Assembly (NCBI GenBank): GCA_963841915.1
Contig: CAWJEN010000006.1
Span: forward strand, 512,001-576,000
Reading direction: 5' to 3'
DNA length: 64,000 bases
From: an uncultured Planctomycetota bacterium
GTDB lineage: Bacteria; Planctomycetota; Phycisphaerae; Tepidisphaerales; Tepidisphaeraceae
Positions within the stretch are counted from its first letter, which is position 1; the number at the start of each line of letters is the position of its first letter. Position numbers and translations under genes: made by a program. Below are positions 9,578 through 19,345 of this stretch, one piece after another. Below the pieces are notes generated by a model. It made no database searches. It was given only the letters and a program-made list of their open reading frames with translations, and was not told where the DNA came from.

Positions 9578-10537
9578 GTGCCCAAGATCGTCGAGCCACA
9601 GCCGGTCTACGCCCTCGTCGGCACCGAATCGTTCCTCCAGCAGCATGCACTGGAAGGCATCCTCCGGCAATGCGGCGACGACACCCAACGCAGCGACGTC
9701 GACGGCACCGCGGCAGAGCCCGGTGATGTCTTCGATGAACTGCGCAGCCTGGCGATGTTTGGCGGCCGCCGACTCGTCGTCGTCCGCGACGCCGATGCCT
9801 TTGTCTCAGCCCATCGCCAACTCGTCGAATCGTATCTGGCAAGCCCGGCCGTGGGCAACGTGCTCGTCTTGCGGATGGCGTCGCTGCCAAAGAACCAGAA
9901 GGTCTACAAGCTGGCGCAGAAGGTTGGCGAGATCATCTCGTGTGAGCCGCCGAAGCAGGCGGCCGTGTCGAAGTGGCTTCTGAGTCGAGCCAAGAAGCAG
10001 CACGGCCTGGAGCTCGACCCTGCCGCCGCCGAGTTGCTGGCAGACGCCATCGGGTCGGACCTGGGCAGCCTGGACAACGAGCTGGCCAAGCTTGCCCTGG
10101 CCAGTGTCGACGGTCGGGCTGGCCCGGAGATGGTCAGCGGGGGCGTGGCTTTCCGTCGCGAGCAGCAGATGTGGATCATGACCGACGCCATGACACGTGG
10201 CGACGCGGCAGAGGCTGTCAAGATTTGGCGGCAGTTGCTGGCGACCGACGCCTCGGCCGAGTTTCGGGCGGTGACGTGGCTGTCAATGTGGCTCGAAAAG
10301 GCCGACAAGGCGCTCGTGCTTCGCCAGAAGGGCTCGCGGCCCTTTGACATCGCCAAGCAGCTCAAGATCTGGCCGGCGGCAAACGTCGAGCCGCTCATCC
10401 GCACCGCAGAACATCTCGGCCGCCCGTGGCTGCGGACCGCAACGGATCGGTTGGCGGAACTCGATTACCGCATCAAGACGGGCCTGACCGACGCCAAGCG
10501 AGGCTGCGAAGCCTTCGTCGCCACGTCAGCACCTTGA
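9578..10537 (+). CDS. holA: DNA polymerase III subunit delta
   Basis: PVYALVGTESFL, SLAMFGGRRLVVVRDA, DLGSLDNELAKL, ELDYRIKTG. Confidence 0.9.
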   Translation: MPKIVEPQPVYALVGTESFLQQHALEGILRQCGDDTQRSDVDGTAAEPGDVFDELRSLAMFGGRRLVVVRDADAFVSAHRQLVESYLASPAVGNVLVLRMASLPKNQKVYKLAQKVGEIISCEPPKQAAVSKWLLSRAKKQHGLELDPAAAELLADAIGSDLGSLDNELAKLALASVDGRAGPEMVSGGVAFRREQQMWIMTDAMTRGDAAEAVKIWRQLLATDASAEFRAVTWLSMWLEKADKALVLRQKGSRPFDIAKQLKIWPAANVEPLIRTAEHLGRPWLRTATDRLAELDYRIKTGLTDAKRGCEAFVATSAP

Positions 10538-10578
10538 GCAACCGTTCAAAGGACCTGGCATGTTGTAGAGTCGTCGCA

Positions 10579-11430
10579 ATGCCCGTCGGACTGAGCCTGC
10601 TTCGCCTCTACGCCAAGGTCGCCCCGACCGAGCGTGGCGGCTTTCGACTGGCACGACTGGCCCGCTCGCTCGTACCGCAATCCCAATGGTCGGGACTGTT
10701 TGGCGACGGTCACGGGAACCGGCTCGACCTCAATCTGGCGACGTATCCGGACGTGGCGATGGCCTGTGGGTTGTACGAGCGCGACACGGACCGCCTGCTC
10801 GCCAAGCTGCTGCCGCAAGGCGGGCACTTCGTCGACGGCGGGGCGAACCTGGGCTACTTCACCTGTCGACTCGCCCGCAAGGCTCGTCGCGTCGACGCCT
10901 TCGAGCCAGATCCGGATAATCGCGCTCGGCTTCAGGCGAACCTGGCGCGGAATCAGCTTGATGAACGCGTTCGTGTTCACCCGGTCGCCCTCGGCGACGC
11001 GGCCGGGTCGTTGACGCTGTTCCACCCGACCGACGACAGTCGTAATCATGGCGAGACATCGCGTTTTGCCATCGAAGGGGTCGAGGCGACGCAGTACGAC
11101 GTACCGATGGTGCGGCTGGACGATGCGGTCGATGCGGTGCCTGACCTTGTGAAGCTCGACCTCGAAGGCGGTGAGCTGGCGGCAGTGGGTGGGATGACGA
11201 CGTGGCTTGTGGCGTCAACTCCACCGGCGGTCGTGCTGGAGCACAATCCCGCGGCCGATACCCGTGGCGGGCACAAGCCGGGTGACGTCTGGCGGCTGTT
11301 TAACCGGCACGGCACTTGGCGGTGCTGGCGCGTCCGATCGTTCGCCGCCGGCCTCATTCAGGAGATGGCGACGCCCGATGCTGTCGACGCCTTCGATCGG
11401 CAGGCGAACCTGCTGTTTCGCCGTCGGTAG
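10579..11430 (+). CDS. FkbM family SAM-dependent methyltransferase
   Basis: FVDGGANLGYF, AFEPDP, LVKLDLEGGE. Confidence 0.88.
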   Translation: MPVGLSLLRLYAKVAPTERGGFRLARLARSLVPQSQWSGLFGDGHGNRLDLNLATYPDVAMACGLYERDTDRLLAKLLPQGGHFVDGGANLGYFTCRLARKARRVDAFEPDPDNRARLQANLARNQLDERVRVHPVALGDAAGSLTLFHPTDDSRNHGETSRFAIEGVEATQYDVPMVRLDDAVDAVPDLVKLDLEGGELAAVGGMTTWLVASTPPAVVLEHNPAADTRGGHKPGDVWRLFNRHGTWRCWRVRSFAAGLIQEMATPDAVDAFDRQANLLFRRR

Positions 11431-11457
11431 CAGCGTCGTGTAAGCTTCCGCCGCCGC

Positions 11458-13086
11458 GTGATCGACGTTCTTATCCAGACTCACAACGAGGAGCTCAACC
11501 TCCCGCACACGCTCAAAACGCTCGAAGGCGGTTGGGTCGGGCAGGTGTTCATCGTCGACTCCGGCAGTACCGACCGGACGAAAGAAGTCGCTGAATCGTG
11601 GGGAGCGACGGTCGTGCACCACGATTGGGAGGGGTACGCCCGGCAGAAGAACTGGTCGCTGGCGAACCTGCCGTTTGCGACGGACTGGGTGCTGATCATC
11701 GACGCCGACGAGGCGGTAAGCGATCGTCTTCGGGACAAGCTGGTCGAGATTGCCAATCAATCGCTCGATCCGTCACCTGACGCCGTCGTCGGGTACGAGC
11801 TCAACCGCGTCTTCATCTTCAACGGCCAGGAGATCTGGCACTGCGGCTACTACCCGAGCTGGAACCTGCGCTTCTTCCGCCGCGGCATGTGCCGTTACGA
11901 AGAGCGGCGGGTGCACGAGTACATGATCTGCGACGGCCTGACAGCAAGGCTGCCGAAGAAGGATCTGCTGATCCACAACGACCGCCGCGGGCTCGAGCAC
12001 TTCTACGCGAAGCACAATCGGTACAGCACGCTCGAAGCGCGTGAGATGTACGACAACCCCGAGCCGTGGCCGGGCTTGAAGGTGTTCCGCACCGACACGG
12101 CCCGGCGTCGGCGGTTCATCAAGAGTCGGATCCTGCCTCGTGTGCCGGCACCGTGGCTGTTCCGATTCGTCTACATGTACGTGCTGCGACTCGGCTTCCT
12201 CGACGGCCGGGCTGGCTGGCATTTGTCGAACTTCATCAGCGCTTACGAGCTGTCGATCCACCTCAAGTACAAGGAGGTCGCCCGCGGCTGGCGGTACGAG
12301 GCGGCGTCGGCCTTGGCTCTGCCGGAGGGCAAGCCGCTCCATAGCGACGCGTCCGATGCCGTCGTGTCGGCAGGCCCGGCTGCTTCTGCACCGGCGGCGG
12401 CTGATCCGGTGGTGTCGCTCAAGGTCTTTGTCGTCCGCGCAGGTGCCACCGATACAGACGTGGAACAGGCGGCCAGCGACGCGGCCCGGCTCGGCGGAAC
12501 GGTGGAGGTTGTCGACAGTATCGACAAGGTGCCGAACCACAACGACGGTTGGACGTTCCTTCTTCGCGGGGACGAGCGACTTTCTGACACCGTGGTCCGC
12601 GAGACAAAAGCATTTGTGCGTCGCGGCGGTCGTGGCATAGATCCGCGGGCGCCGGTCGCTTACGCGTTGACGTGCCAGAGCGTTGTCGCAGGCCGCCGCG
12701 TGCGGTTCGGCGGGTTCGGGCCGAAACGGCACGTCCGCCTGTTCCGCGACGGCCACGGCACGGTGCGGCACGATGCAACGGGCTTGGCCGCCGACGTGAG
12801 TGGCGGGCTCACAGGCAGGATCGACGGCCTCGTCGTGCGGGTGATCCAGCAACCGGTGAGCACACTCATCGAGCGTCGGCTTGAAGCGGCGGAGAAGGCG
12901 AGCCATCAGGCGCGGCCGGGCGGACACTTTCCACTGCGGCCGATGTGGACTTATGTGAAGCGGTTCGTGTTTAAAGGCGGCTTCCTCGACGGGTACGCCG
13001 GCGCGCTCATGTGCGGCATGGCGTACAGCGGTGAGTACATGACGCAGCTCCTCGCCGTCGAGCGAACGCGTCGACAAGACGATTGA
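11458..13086 (+). CDS. Glycosyltransferase family 2 with a second, degenerate GT2-like domain
   Basis: THNEE, VDSGSTDRT, IDADE, KHNRYS, GFLDGRAG; C-terminal repeat with RGDE and GGFLDGYAG. Confidence 0.88.
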   Translation: MIDVLIQTHNEELNLPHTLKTLEGGWVGQVFIVDSGSTDRTKEVAESWGATVVHHDWEGYARQKNWSLANLPFATDWVLIIDADEAVSDRLRDKLVEIANQSLDPSPDAVVGYELNRVFIFNGQEIWHCGYYPSWNLRFFRRGMCRYEERRVHEYMICDGLTARLPKKDLLIHNDRRGLEHFYAKHNRYSTLEAREMYDNPEPWPGLKVFRTDTARRRRFIKSRILPRVPAPWLFRFVYMYVLRLGFLDGRAGWHLSNFISAYELSIHLKYKEVARGWRYEAASALALPEGKPLHSDASDAVVSAGPAASAPAAADPVVSLKVFVVRAGATDTDVEQAASDAARLGGTVEVVDSIDKVPNHNDGWTFLLRGDERLSDTVVRETKAFVRRGGRGIDPRAPVAYALTCQSVVAGRRVRFGGFGPKRHVRLFRDGHGTVRHDATGLAADVSGGLTGRIDGLVVRVIQQPVSTLIERRLEAAEKASHQARPGGHFPLRPMWTYVKRFVFKGGFLDGYAGALMCGMAYSGEYMTQLLAVERTRRQDD

Positions 13087-13092
13087 GCAATG

Positions 13093-14064
13093 TCATCGCT
13101 TTAGCAGATCGGCTACGACTTCGGCCGTCTTGCGGTCATCGCGATTGGCCCGCTCAAGGCGGCGTGCCTTGAGCTCGATCCAACGTTCGTACAGCGAGAT
13201 CATCGACGCGTAGTCGAGCCCGGCCCCGCCATCGCGGAAGCCGCCGCGGAGCAGCGTCATGTGCAAGAAACGCAGCAAGCCTCGGCCGCGAAGGAAGTGA
13301 CTCGCATCCTTGGCGGCGCGACGTCTCGTGACGGCGTCACTGCTCGTCAGCTTCGACAGCGAAGGCAGCCCGTCACGTCGAATAATGACCGCTTCCTCGG
13401 CTTCGCGGTCGCTGTAGCCGTTGTGCTTTTCGAGCCACGTCGACAAGCCTTTGGAGAAGTTGAAGTGCAGATAAGGCTCCTCGAGGCAGCCGATCGGGGC
13501 CGTGGTCTCCTCGCGTTGGCCGTGCCCGAAGTCGACGAAGCGGGTCTGCTCGCTGTCGAAGAACCGCACCTGATACGTGGGGTAGCTGGCGCTGTAGCGA
13601 AGCCACTGCCCCATGAACATCATGCGGCTGGGGCATTGGAAGCTGCCGAATCGCCTGGAGCAGGCATCTGGATCCTCCAGCAGGTGCGACACCTCTCGCA
13701 CGAGATCGGGCGTGAACCGTTCGTCGGCATCGAGGTGAAAGTGCCACCGGTGCTTCAACGGCAGGTGGTCGATTGCGTGGTTGCGTTGCTGACCGAAGCC
13801 GGCGAATGGATGGTGGTGGGCCGTCACGCCACGGTCGCGCGCGGCTTCGACGGTGCCGTCTGTGCTGCCGCTGTCGAGGAGGTGCACGTCGTCGCACCAC
13901 TGGCACGAGTCGAGACACGGGCCGATGTTGTCTCGCTCGTTGTGTGTGAGGATGACCACCGACACCGGCACAGTCTGGCCGGCAATGACGTCGCCTGTGA
14001 CGAGGCAGGGCAGGTCGTGCTCCGTCGGCAATGAAGGCGTGCCTGCGTCGGCCAGGGGCGTCAT
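13093..14064 (-). CDS. Glycosyltransferase family 2
   Basis: VSVVILTHNE, LDSGSTDGT, FGQQRN, LDADE, KHNGYS. Confidence 0.9.
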   Translation of the reverse strand: MTPLADAGTPSLPTEHDLPCLVTGDVIAGQTVPVSVVILTHNERDNIGPCLDSCQWCDDVHLLDSGSTDGTVEAARDRGVTAHHHPFAGFGQQRNHAIDHLPLKHRWHFHLDADERFTPDLVREVSHLLEDPDACSRRFGSFQCPSRMMFMGQWLRYSASYPTYQVRFFDSEQTRFVDFGHGQREETTAPIGCLEEPYLHFNFSKGLSTWLEKHNGYSDREAEEAVIIRRDGLPSLSKLTSSDAVTRRRAAKDASHFLRGRGLLRFLHMTLLRGGFRDGGAGLDYASMISLYERWIELKARRLERANRDDRKTAEVVADLLKR

Positions 14065-14149
14065 GCCGTCAGCTTACCCCACGATGCTCGGTGACGTGTA
14101 TGCTGCCAACCCGCCCGACGGCCGTTACCCAAGCCGAGCCCGCTTCTTC

Positions 14150-15073
14150 ATGTCTAGTCCCGCAGCCACGCCCGCCGCCACCGACTCCAAGGTCGTCTTC
14201 TCGCTCGTTGTGCCGTGTTACAACGAGGAAGACGCGATCATCGAGACGCTCGACGAGCTCAAAAGTGTTCTTGCCGACGCTCCGACGCACGAGCTCATCG
14301 TCGTCAACGACGGAAGCATCGACAAGAGCAGCGAGCTTCTGCGTGAGGCCGTTGCGTCCGGCAAGTACCCGACGCTGACCGTCATCGATCACGAGTTCAA
14401 TCGCGGCTACGGTGCCGCCCTCAAGACCGGTATCCGCGGCGCGACGGCCGACTACATCGCCATCACGGACGCAGACGGCACCTATCCCAATGCGCGGCTC
14501 GGTGAGCTGGTGAATCTTGCCCGTGTCGGCAGGCACGACATGGTCGTCGGCGCACGCACGATTAAGGAAGAGGTAACGTATCCGCTGATCCGCAAGATTC
14601 CCAAGTGGTTCCTCATCCGCTGGGCGAGCTGGTTGTCAGGTCGAAAGATTCCGGACATGAACAGCGGCATGCGGGTGTTTCGGCGGGACGTGTGCCTGAA
14701 GTTCATGCGGGTCCTGCCTGACACCTTCAGCTTCACGACGACGATCAGCGTCGCGATGCTGACGAATCGATACCGCGTCCACTACGAGCCCATCGGCTAC
14801 GCCGCCCGCGTCGGCAAGAGCAAGATCAAGCCGATCCGCGACACGCTGCGGTTCATCCAGCTCATCACGCGGACCGGCATGTACTTCGCGCCGCTACGCG
14901 TGCTGGGGCCGGTGATCGGGTTGCTGCTGCTGGCCTTCCTGATAAGCTTGGGATACGACATCTTTGTCTTGGACAACCTGACGGACAAGACGGTGATCTT
15001 GCTCATGTTCGCTATGAATGTGGCGATCTTCGGGCTTTTAGCCGATATGATCGACAAGCGGAGCGTGGCATGA
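14150..15073 (+). CDS. GT2 polyprenol-phosphate glycosyltransferase (GtrB/DPM1-like) with 2 C-terminal TM helices
   Basis: VVPCYNEE, VNDGSID, NRGYGAALKTG, TDADGTY, DMNSGMR; hydrophobic C-terminus. Confidence 0.88.
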   Translation: MSSPAATPAATDSKVVFSLVVPCYNEEDAIIETLDELKSVLADAPTHELIVVNDGSIDKSSELLREAVASGKYPTLTVIDHEFNRGYGAALKTGIRGATADYIAITDADGTYPNARLGELVNLARVGRHDMVVGARTIKEEVTYPLIRKIPKWFLIRWASWLSGRKIPDMNSGMRVFRRDVCLKFMRVLPDTFSFTTTISVAMLTNRYRVHYEPIGYAARVGKSKIKPIRDTLRFIQLITRTGMYFAPLRVLGPVIGLLLLAFLISLGYDIFVLDNLTDKTVILLMFAMNVAIFGLLADMIDKRSVA

Positions 15074-15143
15074 TGGCCGTATCAGAGGGATCGGCCGGCC
15101 GGCGTGGCTACGAGGCTATTGCTGCAACGAGAGGAGCACCGCT

Positions 15144-15968
15144 TTGAGTCACCATGGTTCTACAGCTGCTGCTCCGCCGCCGGTGACCGACCGCGAGGAA
15201 CGCGATCGTGAACTGTTCGAAACCATTGCCGACGACTACTGCCGCAAGGATCTTCAGCCGGCGAGTCGTCGCGCTCGCAAGCTGCGGCTCGACGCGACAC
15301 TCGCGCTGCTTCCTGCAGAGGCCCGTAAGCCGAGCGGACACTTGCCGGACGTGCTCGACGTCGGTTGCGGGGCCGGCTTCACGGCCACGTACCTGCATGG
15401 TCACTACCGCCGCTACGTCGGCGTCGACTACAGCCGACCGCTGATCGACCTCGCCAAGCGGCACAACGTCTTTCCCGAGGCCACATTCTTCGCAGGCAAT
15501 GCGAAGGATCTGCCCGATATCGACGACGGGTTCGACCTGATCGTCATGATCGGCGTCCTGCACCACATCGACGATCCTGCCGCAGCGCTGAGCGAGATGG
15601 TCGGCTTCCTCAGGCCCGGTGGCTGGATCGTCGCCAACGAGCCGCAACCCGACAACCCGGTCGTCATGCTCGCCCGTCGCGCCCGAGCGTCGGTGGACAA
15701 GCATTATTCGTCGGAGCAGAGTTATCCCAGCGCCGCGTCGCTGGCCCAGCTGTACCGTGACGCAGGGCTGACTGAAGTGGCTACGCAGTCACAAGGCTGG
15801 CTAAGCACGCCTTTCGCCGAGACGTCGCCTGGTGGCGTTGCCCAGTGGCTTGCCCGTCCGCTGTCGGCCACCATGTGCGGCGTCGACCGAATGCTCACGA
15901 AGTCCGGCCTGCCGCTGCGTCGCCTCGCGTGGAACTCCATCGTCGCCGGCCGTCGACCCGATGCATAA
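15144..15968 (+). CDS. Class I SAM-dependent methyltransferase
   Basis: VLDVGCGAG, GVDYS, GVLHHI, LRPGG; start uncertain. Confidence 0.85.
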   Translation: MSHHGSTAAAPPPVTDREERDRELFETIADDYCRKDLQPASRRARKLRLDATLALLPAEARKPSGHLPDVLDVGCGAGFTATYLHGHYRRYVGVDYSRPLIDLAKRHNVFPEATFFAGNAKDLPDIDDGFDLIVMIGVLHHIDDPAAALSEMVGFLRPGGWIVANEPQPDNPVVMLARRARASVDKHYSSEQSYPSAASLAQLYRDAGLTEVATQSQGWLSTPFAETSPGGVAQWLARPLSATMCGVDRMLTKSGLPLRRLAWNSIVAGRRPDA

Positions 15969-15971
15969 ATC

Positions 15972-16418
15972 ATGGCCGCTGTTGTAGTAGAGAGTCAGGC
16001 ATTCGACGATGCCTCGCCTGTTGGCGAGCCGAGACGAACCTTCGCATCACAAGTGGCCCGCTGGGTAATGCTCAGCGGCATCAGCTTCGTGCTCAACCTT
16101 GGCCTGACCATTGTGCTGCATGAGGTGATCGGCTGGGCCGAAGAAGCCGCGTATGCCACTTCACTCGGGGTGGTATTGGTGGTGAACTTCATCCTGTGCC
16201 GCACCTTCGTCTTCAATGCGGCCGCAGGTTCCTTAAGACGTCAGGCACTGGGCTACCTCGGCGGCACGATCATCTTCCGCAGCCTTGAATACGTGTGCTT
16301 CCTCGGCATCCACAGCGGTTTTGACGTCGACTATCGGCTGACCGTCATCGCCGTCTCCGTCGTGGCCATGGTGGTCAAATTCTTTGTCTACCGCGTGCTG
16401 TTCAACGGCAAGGCCTGA
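15972..16418 (+). CDS. GtrA family flippase-like membrane protein
   Basis: Four TM segments, VNFILCRTFVF motif. Confidence 0.8.
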   Translation: MAAVVVESQAFDDASPVGEPRRTFASQVARWVMLSGISFVLNLGLTIVLHEVIGWAEEAAYATSLGVVLVVNFILCRTFVFNAAAGSLRRQALGYLGGTIIFRSLEYVCFLGIHSGFDVDYRLTVIAVSVVAMVVKFFVYRVLFNGKA

Positions 16419-17698
16419 GGATCATCGAGCTGTGCGGGGTCTTTGCGAACCGCCAGCAGCAGTACAACGAGCCCGCCGATCCAGGCGACCGGTTCGAGAA
16501 TCGACAGCCCGATCCGATACGCATCGGCCAGACCCTCAGGCACGCCCGGCAGACGCGTCGGTAGCCAAAGGCTGAGTCCGACGAGCCAAAACCACACGCC
16601 ACACGCGCGGCCGCCCTTGCTTGCGACGATCAGCAGCGGAATCAGCACGAATAGGAGCAGGCTGTTGTCCGTGTTCTGGTGGTAGGTCCAGTATCTGGCC
16701 CCAACGGCAGCGACGGCGAAGCTGAGCAGGAGCGACCGGTCGCGAATCTGCCACAGCATGATGCTGGCGACGCCCGCCACACCCAGCAGGCACGTCCACA
16801 ACGCGACCTGCGGATCGACGCCCGCCGCGAGCAGGCCCTGGAGCAGGCCGATGCCCTTGTGCATGAACCCGCTCGCATCTTCGGCCGCGCCGGCGGTGAC
16901 TGTCAGCGGGTCGATGCCGCTGAGTAGTGTCGTGACCAGCGCACCTGCAACGACAACCCCGCCGGCGACCAAGACGGTGATCCAGCGGCCTCTGAGGAGC
17001 GGTGCCATCAGGAACGGCACGCCACTCGTCGGCTTCAAGACCGCATAGCCAAGTGCGATTCCGCCCCCGATGGCCGACGCGTAGCCGCCACCTTCTTCTC
17101 GTCGCCGAATCAGGAGATAGGCCAGCGCGAGGAAGCCGAGGACAATTGTGCCGAAGTTGCCGTACCGGATCGCGTTGCCGAGCGTGGCACAGCCAAGAAC
17201 ACTCGCGACCGCAAGCACCCGCGTCGTTTGCGAGCACCCACGGCTGACAAACCACGCCCAATAGCAACCGAGTCCTACACCCGCTGCACACATGGTCGCA
17301 AAAGCAACCTCGGCCGCTGATCGAGGCAGTCCCAGCACGGGCATGGCCATGCCGTAGGTCGACGCCGGGTAGAGCCCACCCGGCCAGCCGATCGACGAGT
17401 CAAGCAGCGTCGCCTCAGGCGGAATGGGATCGTACTTCTTGATGCCAAGGCTTTTGGCCTCGTCGTAGATCTGCTGCACCGTGATGCCACGCATCAGATA
17501 GTGATGCTCGGCATAGCGGTAATTAAAGTCGTTGGCTTTGCCGGTCAGCACGAAGCTGATCCCAAACACGAAGTACAACCCGCCCAGGAGCAGCAGGGCG
17601 ATCGAGACGACGAGCAGGCCCCGATCATGCAGGAACAGCGGCCGAGGTCGACTCGACGCCAAGGCAGCTGCTTCAATGCGGCTTGGCTTAGTCGACAT
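16388..17698 (-). CDS. GT-C fold membrane glycosyltransferase (GT87/DUF2029-like)
   Basis: DF motif after first TM, YP-containing loop, GN, LKP motif, many TM helices. Confidence 0.72.
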   Translation of the reverse strand: MSTKPSRIEAAALASSRPRPLFLHDRGLLVVSIALLLLGGLYFVFGISFVLTGKANDFNYRYAEHHYLMRGITVQQIYDEAKSLGIKKYDPIPPEATLLDSSIGWPGGLYPASTYGMAMPVLGLPRSAAEVAFATMCAAGVGLGCYWAWFVSRGCSQTTRVLAVASVLGCATLGNAIRYGNFGTIVLGFLALAYLLIRRREEGGGYASAIGGGIALGYAVLKPTSGVPFLMAPLLRGRWITVLVAGGVVVAGALVTTLLSGIDPLTVTAGAAEDASGFMHKGIGLLQGLLAAGVDPQVALWTCLLGVAGVASIMLWQIRDRSLLLSFAVAAVGARYWTYHQNTDNSLLLFVLIPLLIVASKGGRACGVWFWLVGLSLWLPTRLPGVPEGLADAYRIGLSILEPVAWIGGLVVLLLAVRKDPAQLDDPQALPLNSTR

Positions 17699-17769
17699 GG
17701 CGGTCAGTATGCTGCAACACTGTTGCCACGCAAAGCAGAAGCCCGCTGTCTGCGCACGATTGTCTCACC

Positions 17770-18888
17770 ATGCAGATATCCATCGTCACCGGACCGTTCT
17801 GGAGCCCGCCCCCCGCACCTGGTGGGGCGGTGGAGCGCCGCTGGTTTCACGTGGCCAAAGAGTTTGTCAAGCTCGGACACGACGTGACGTTTCTGAGCCG
17901 CCGTCACGACAAGAGCTTCGCAGCGAATGAGATCATCGACGGCGTGAAGCACGTGCGTCGGCTCAGCCTCAAGAGTGCCGGCTCGATCAAGGGCAACATC
18001 GTCAAGGACAGCCTGTACGCCGCCCGCATGACGGCGGCATTGCCTAAGGGTGACATCCTCGTGACGAATACCTTCTGGCTGCCCGTCTTCGCGCCGCGGC
18101 TTCGGCCGGGTGCCGGCAAGGTTGTCGTCAATGTCGCCCGCGCGCCCAAGGGACAACTATGGCTTTACAAGAAGGCGTCGCTGCTCGTTGCTCCGTCGAA
18201 GGCGGTGGCGGAGATGATTCGCAAGGAAGTGCCCGATCAGGCAGCCAAAGCACGAGCGGTGGCTAACCCGATTGACACGAGCGTCTTTGCCACGAGCGAC
18301 ACGCCTGAGCCGACGCGGCCGACTGTCGTCTACACCGGCAGAGTGCACCCCGAGAAAGGCCTCGATCTGCTGGCGAAAGCCCACCGACAGCTACGGGCGA
18401 CGCGGCCGGACCTGGAGACGCAGATTATCGGTGCCTGGACCATCGAGGACGGTGGCGGCGGACCAGAGTTTCGCGACGAGCTGGCCCGGCTCGGCGGTGA
18501 TGGACTCGTGTTTCAAGACCCGATCTGGGATCGACCGGCCCTTGCAGAGGCCATTCGCGGGGCCAACGTCTACGTCTACCCGTCCGTGGCCGAGCGGGGC
18601 GAAAGCTTTGGTTGCGCACCGTTAGAGGCGATGGGCTGCGGCCGCGCCAGCGTGCTGAGCGGCCTGGAGGCATTTGACGATTACGCGCACGGCGGTGACA
18701 ACTGTCTTCGCTTCGACCACAGACGCGTCGACGCGGCCGAGGATTTGGCCGACAAGATCGCCATGCTGCTCAATGACTCGACACTGCGGCTGCGGCTCAG
18801 TGCCGCTGGTGCACAGACGGCAACGGCGTACTCCTTCTTGCGAATCGCCGAGCAATATGAGGCTGAGTTTCAAGCACTCCTTAGCTAA
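17770..18888 (+). CDS. Glycosyltransferase family 4
   Basis: GGAVE, GHDVT, GRVHPEKG, ESFGCAPLEAMGCG (EX7E). Confidence 0.92.
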   Translation: MQISIVTGPFWSPPPAPGGAVERRWFHVAKEFVKLGHDVTFLSRRHDKSFAANEIIDGVKHVRRLSLKSAGSIKGNIVKDSLYAARMTAALPKGDILVTNTFWLPVFAPRLRPGAGKVVVNVARAPKGQLWLYKKASLLVAPSKAVAEMIRKEVPDQAAKARAVANPIDTSVFATSDTPEPTRPTVVYTGRVHPEKGLDLLAKAHRQLRATRPDLETQIIGAWTIEDGGGGPEFRDELARLGGDGLVFQDPIWDRPALAEAIRGANVYVYPSVAERGESFGCAPLEAMGCGRASVLSGLEAFDDYAHGGDNCLRFDHRRVDAAEDLADKIAMLLNDSTLRLRLSAAGAQTATAYSFLRIAEQYEAEFQALLS

Positions 18889-18983
18889 AAGTGAATGTCC
18901 GGGTCTGCTTTCTTCGGAGGCGAGTTCATGAGGTACGGTTTCAACATGTCGACTTCGACATCCGCCAGTGAGGAAGAAGCCAA

Positions 18984-19313
18984 ATCGTCGCCGGCCCGTT
19001 CTACAGCTCGCTGCCGATGCCTGGTGGGGCGGTTGAGCGTCGCAGGTTCAATATATCTCTCAGGCCTTTGCACGCATGGGGCATGACGTCACCTTTCTAT
19101 CACGTCGATGCTTCGCTTGAAGACTGTTGATGGCGTGCAGCATCCTTGAGATCCCTTCAAGTCGACGCATGAAGTTTGGTATATCTTGCACCGGCAGAAT
19201 CCATCCGGAGAAAGGGCTGGACGTGCGGTGCGAGGCGTACCGCAAGCTGCGTCGGCGTTGGCCTGACCACAAAGGTGGTCGGTGCATGGACCGTGCTGCA
19301 CGGCGGTCTCGGG
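18984..19313 (+). pseudogene. Decayed paralog of the upstream GT4 gene
   Basis: Colinear fragments IVAGPFYSSLPMPGGAVERR / QAFARMGHDVTFLSRR / TVDGVQH / TGRIHPEKGLD / VVGAWT match 17770..18888, broken by frameshifts, stops and a large internal deletion. Confidence 0.85.
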
Positions 19314-19345
19314 GACAGCCGCGACGACTTTGGTAGTGCTCTACC

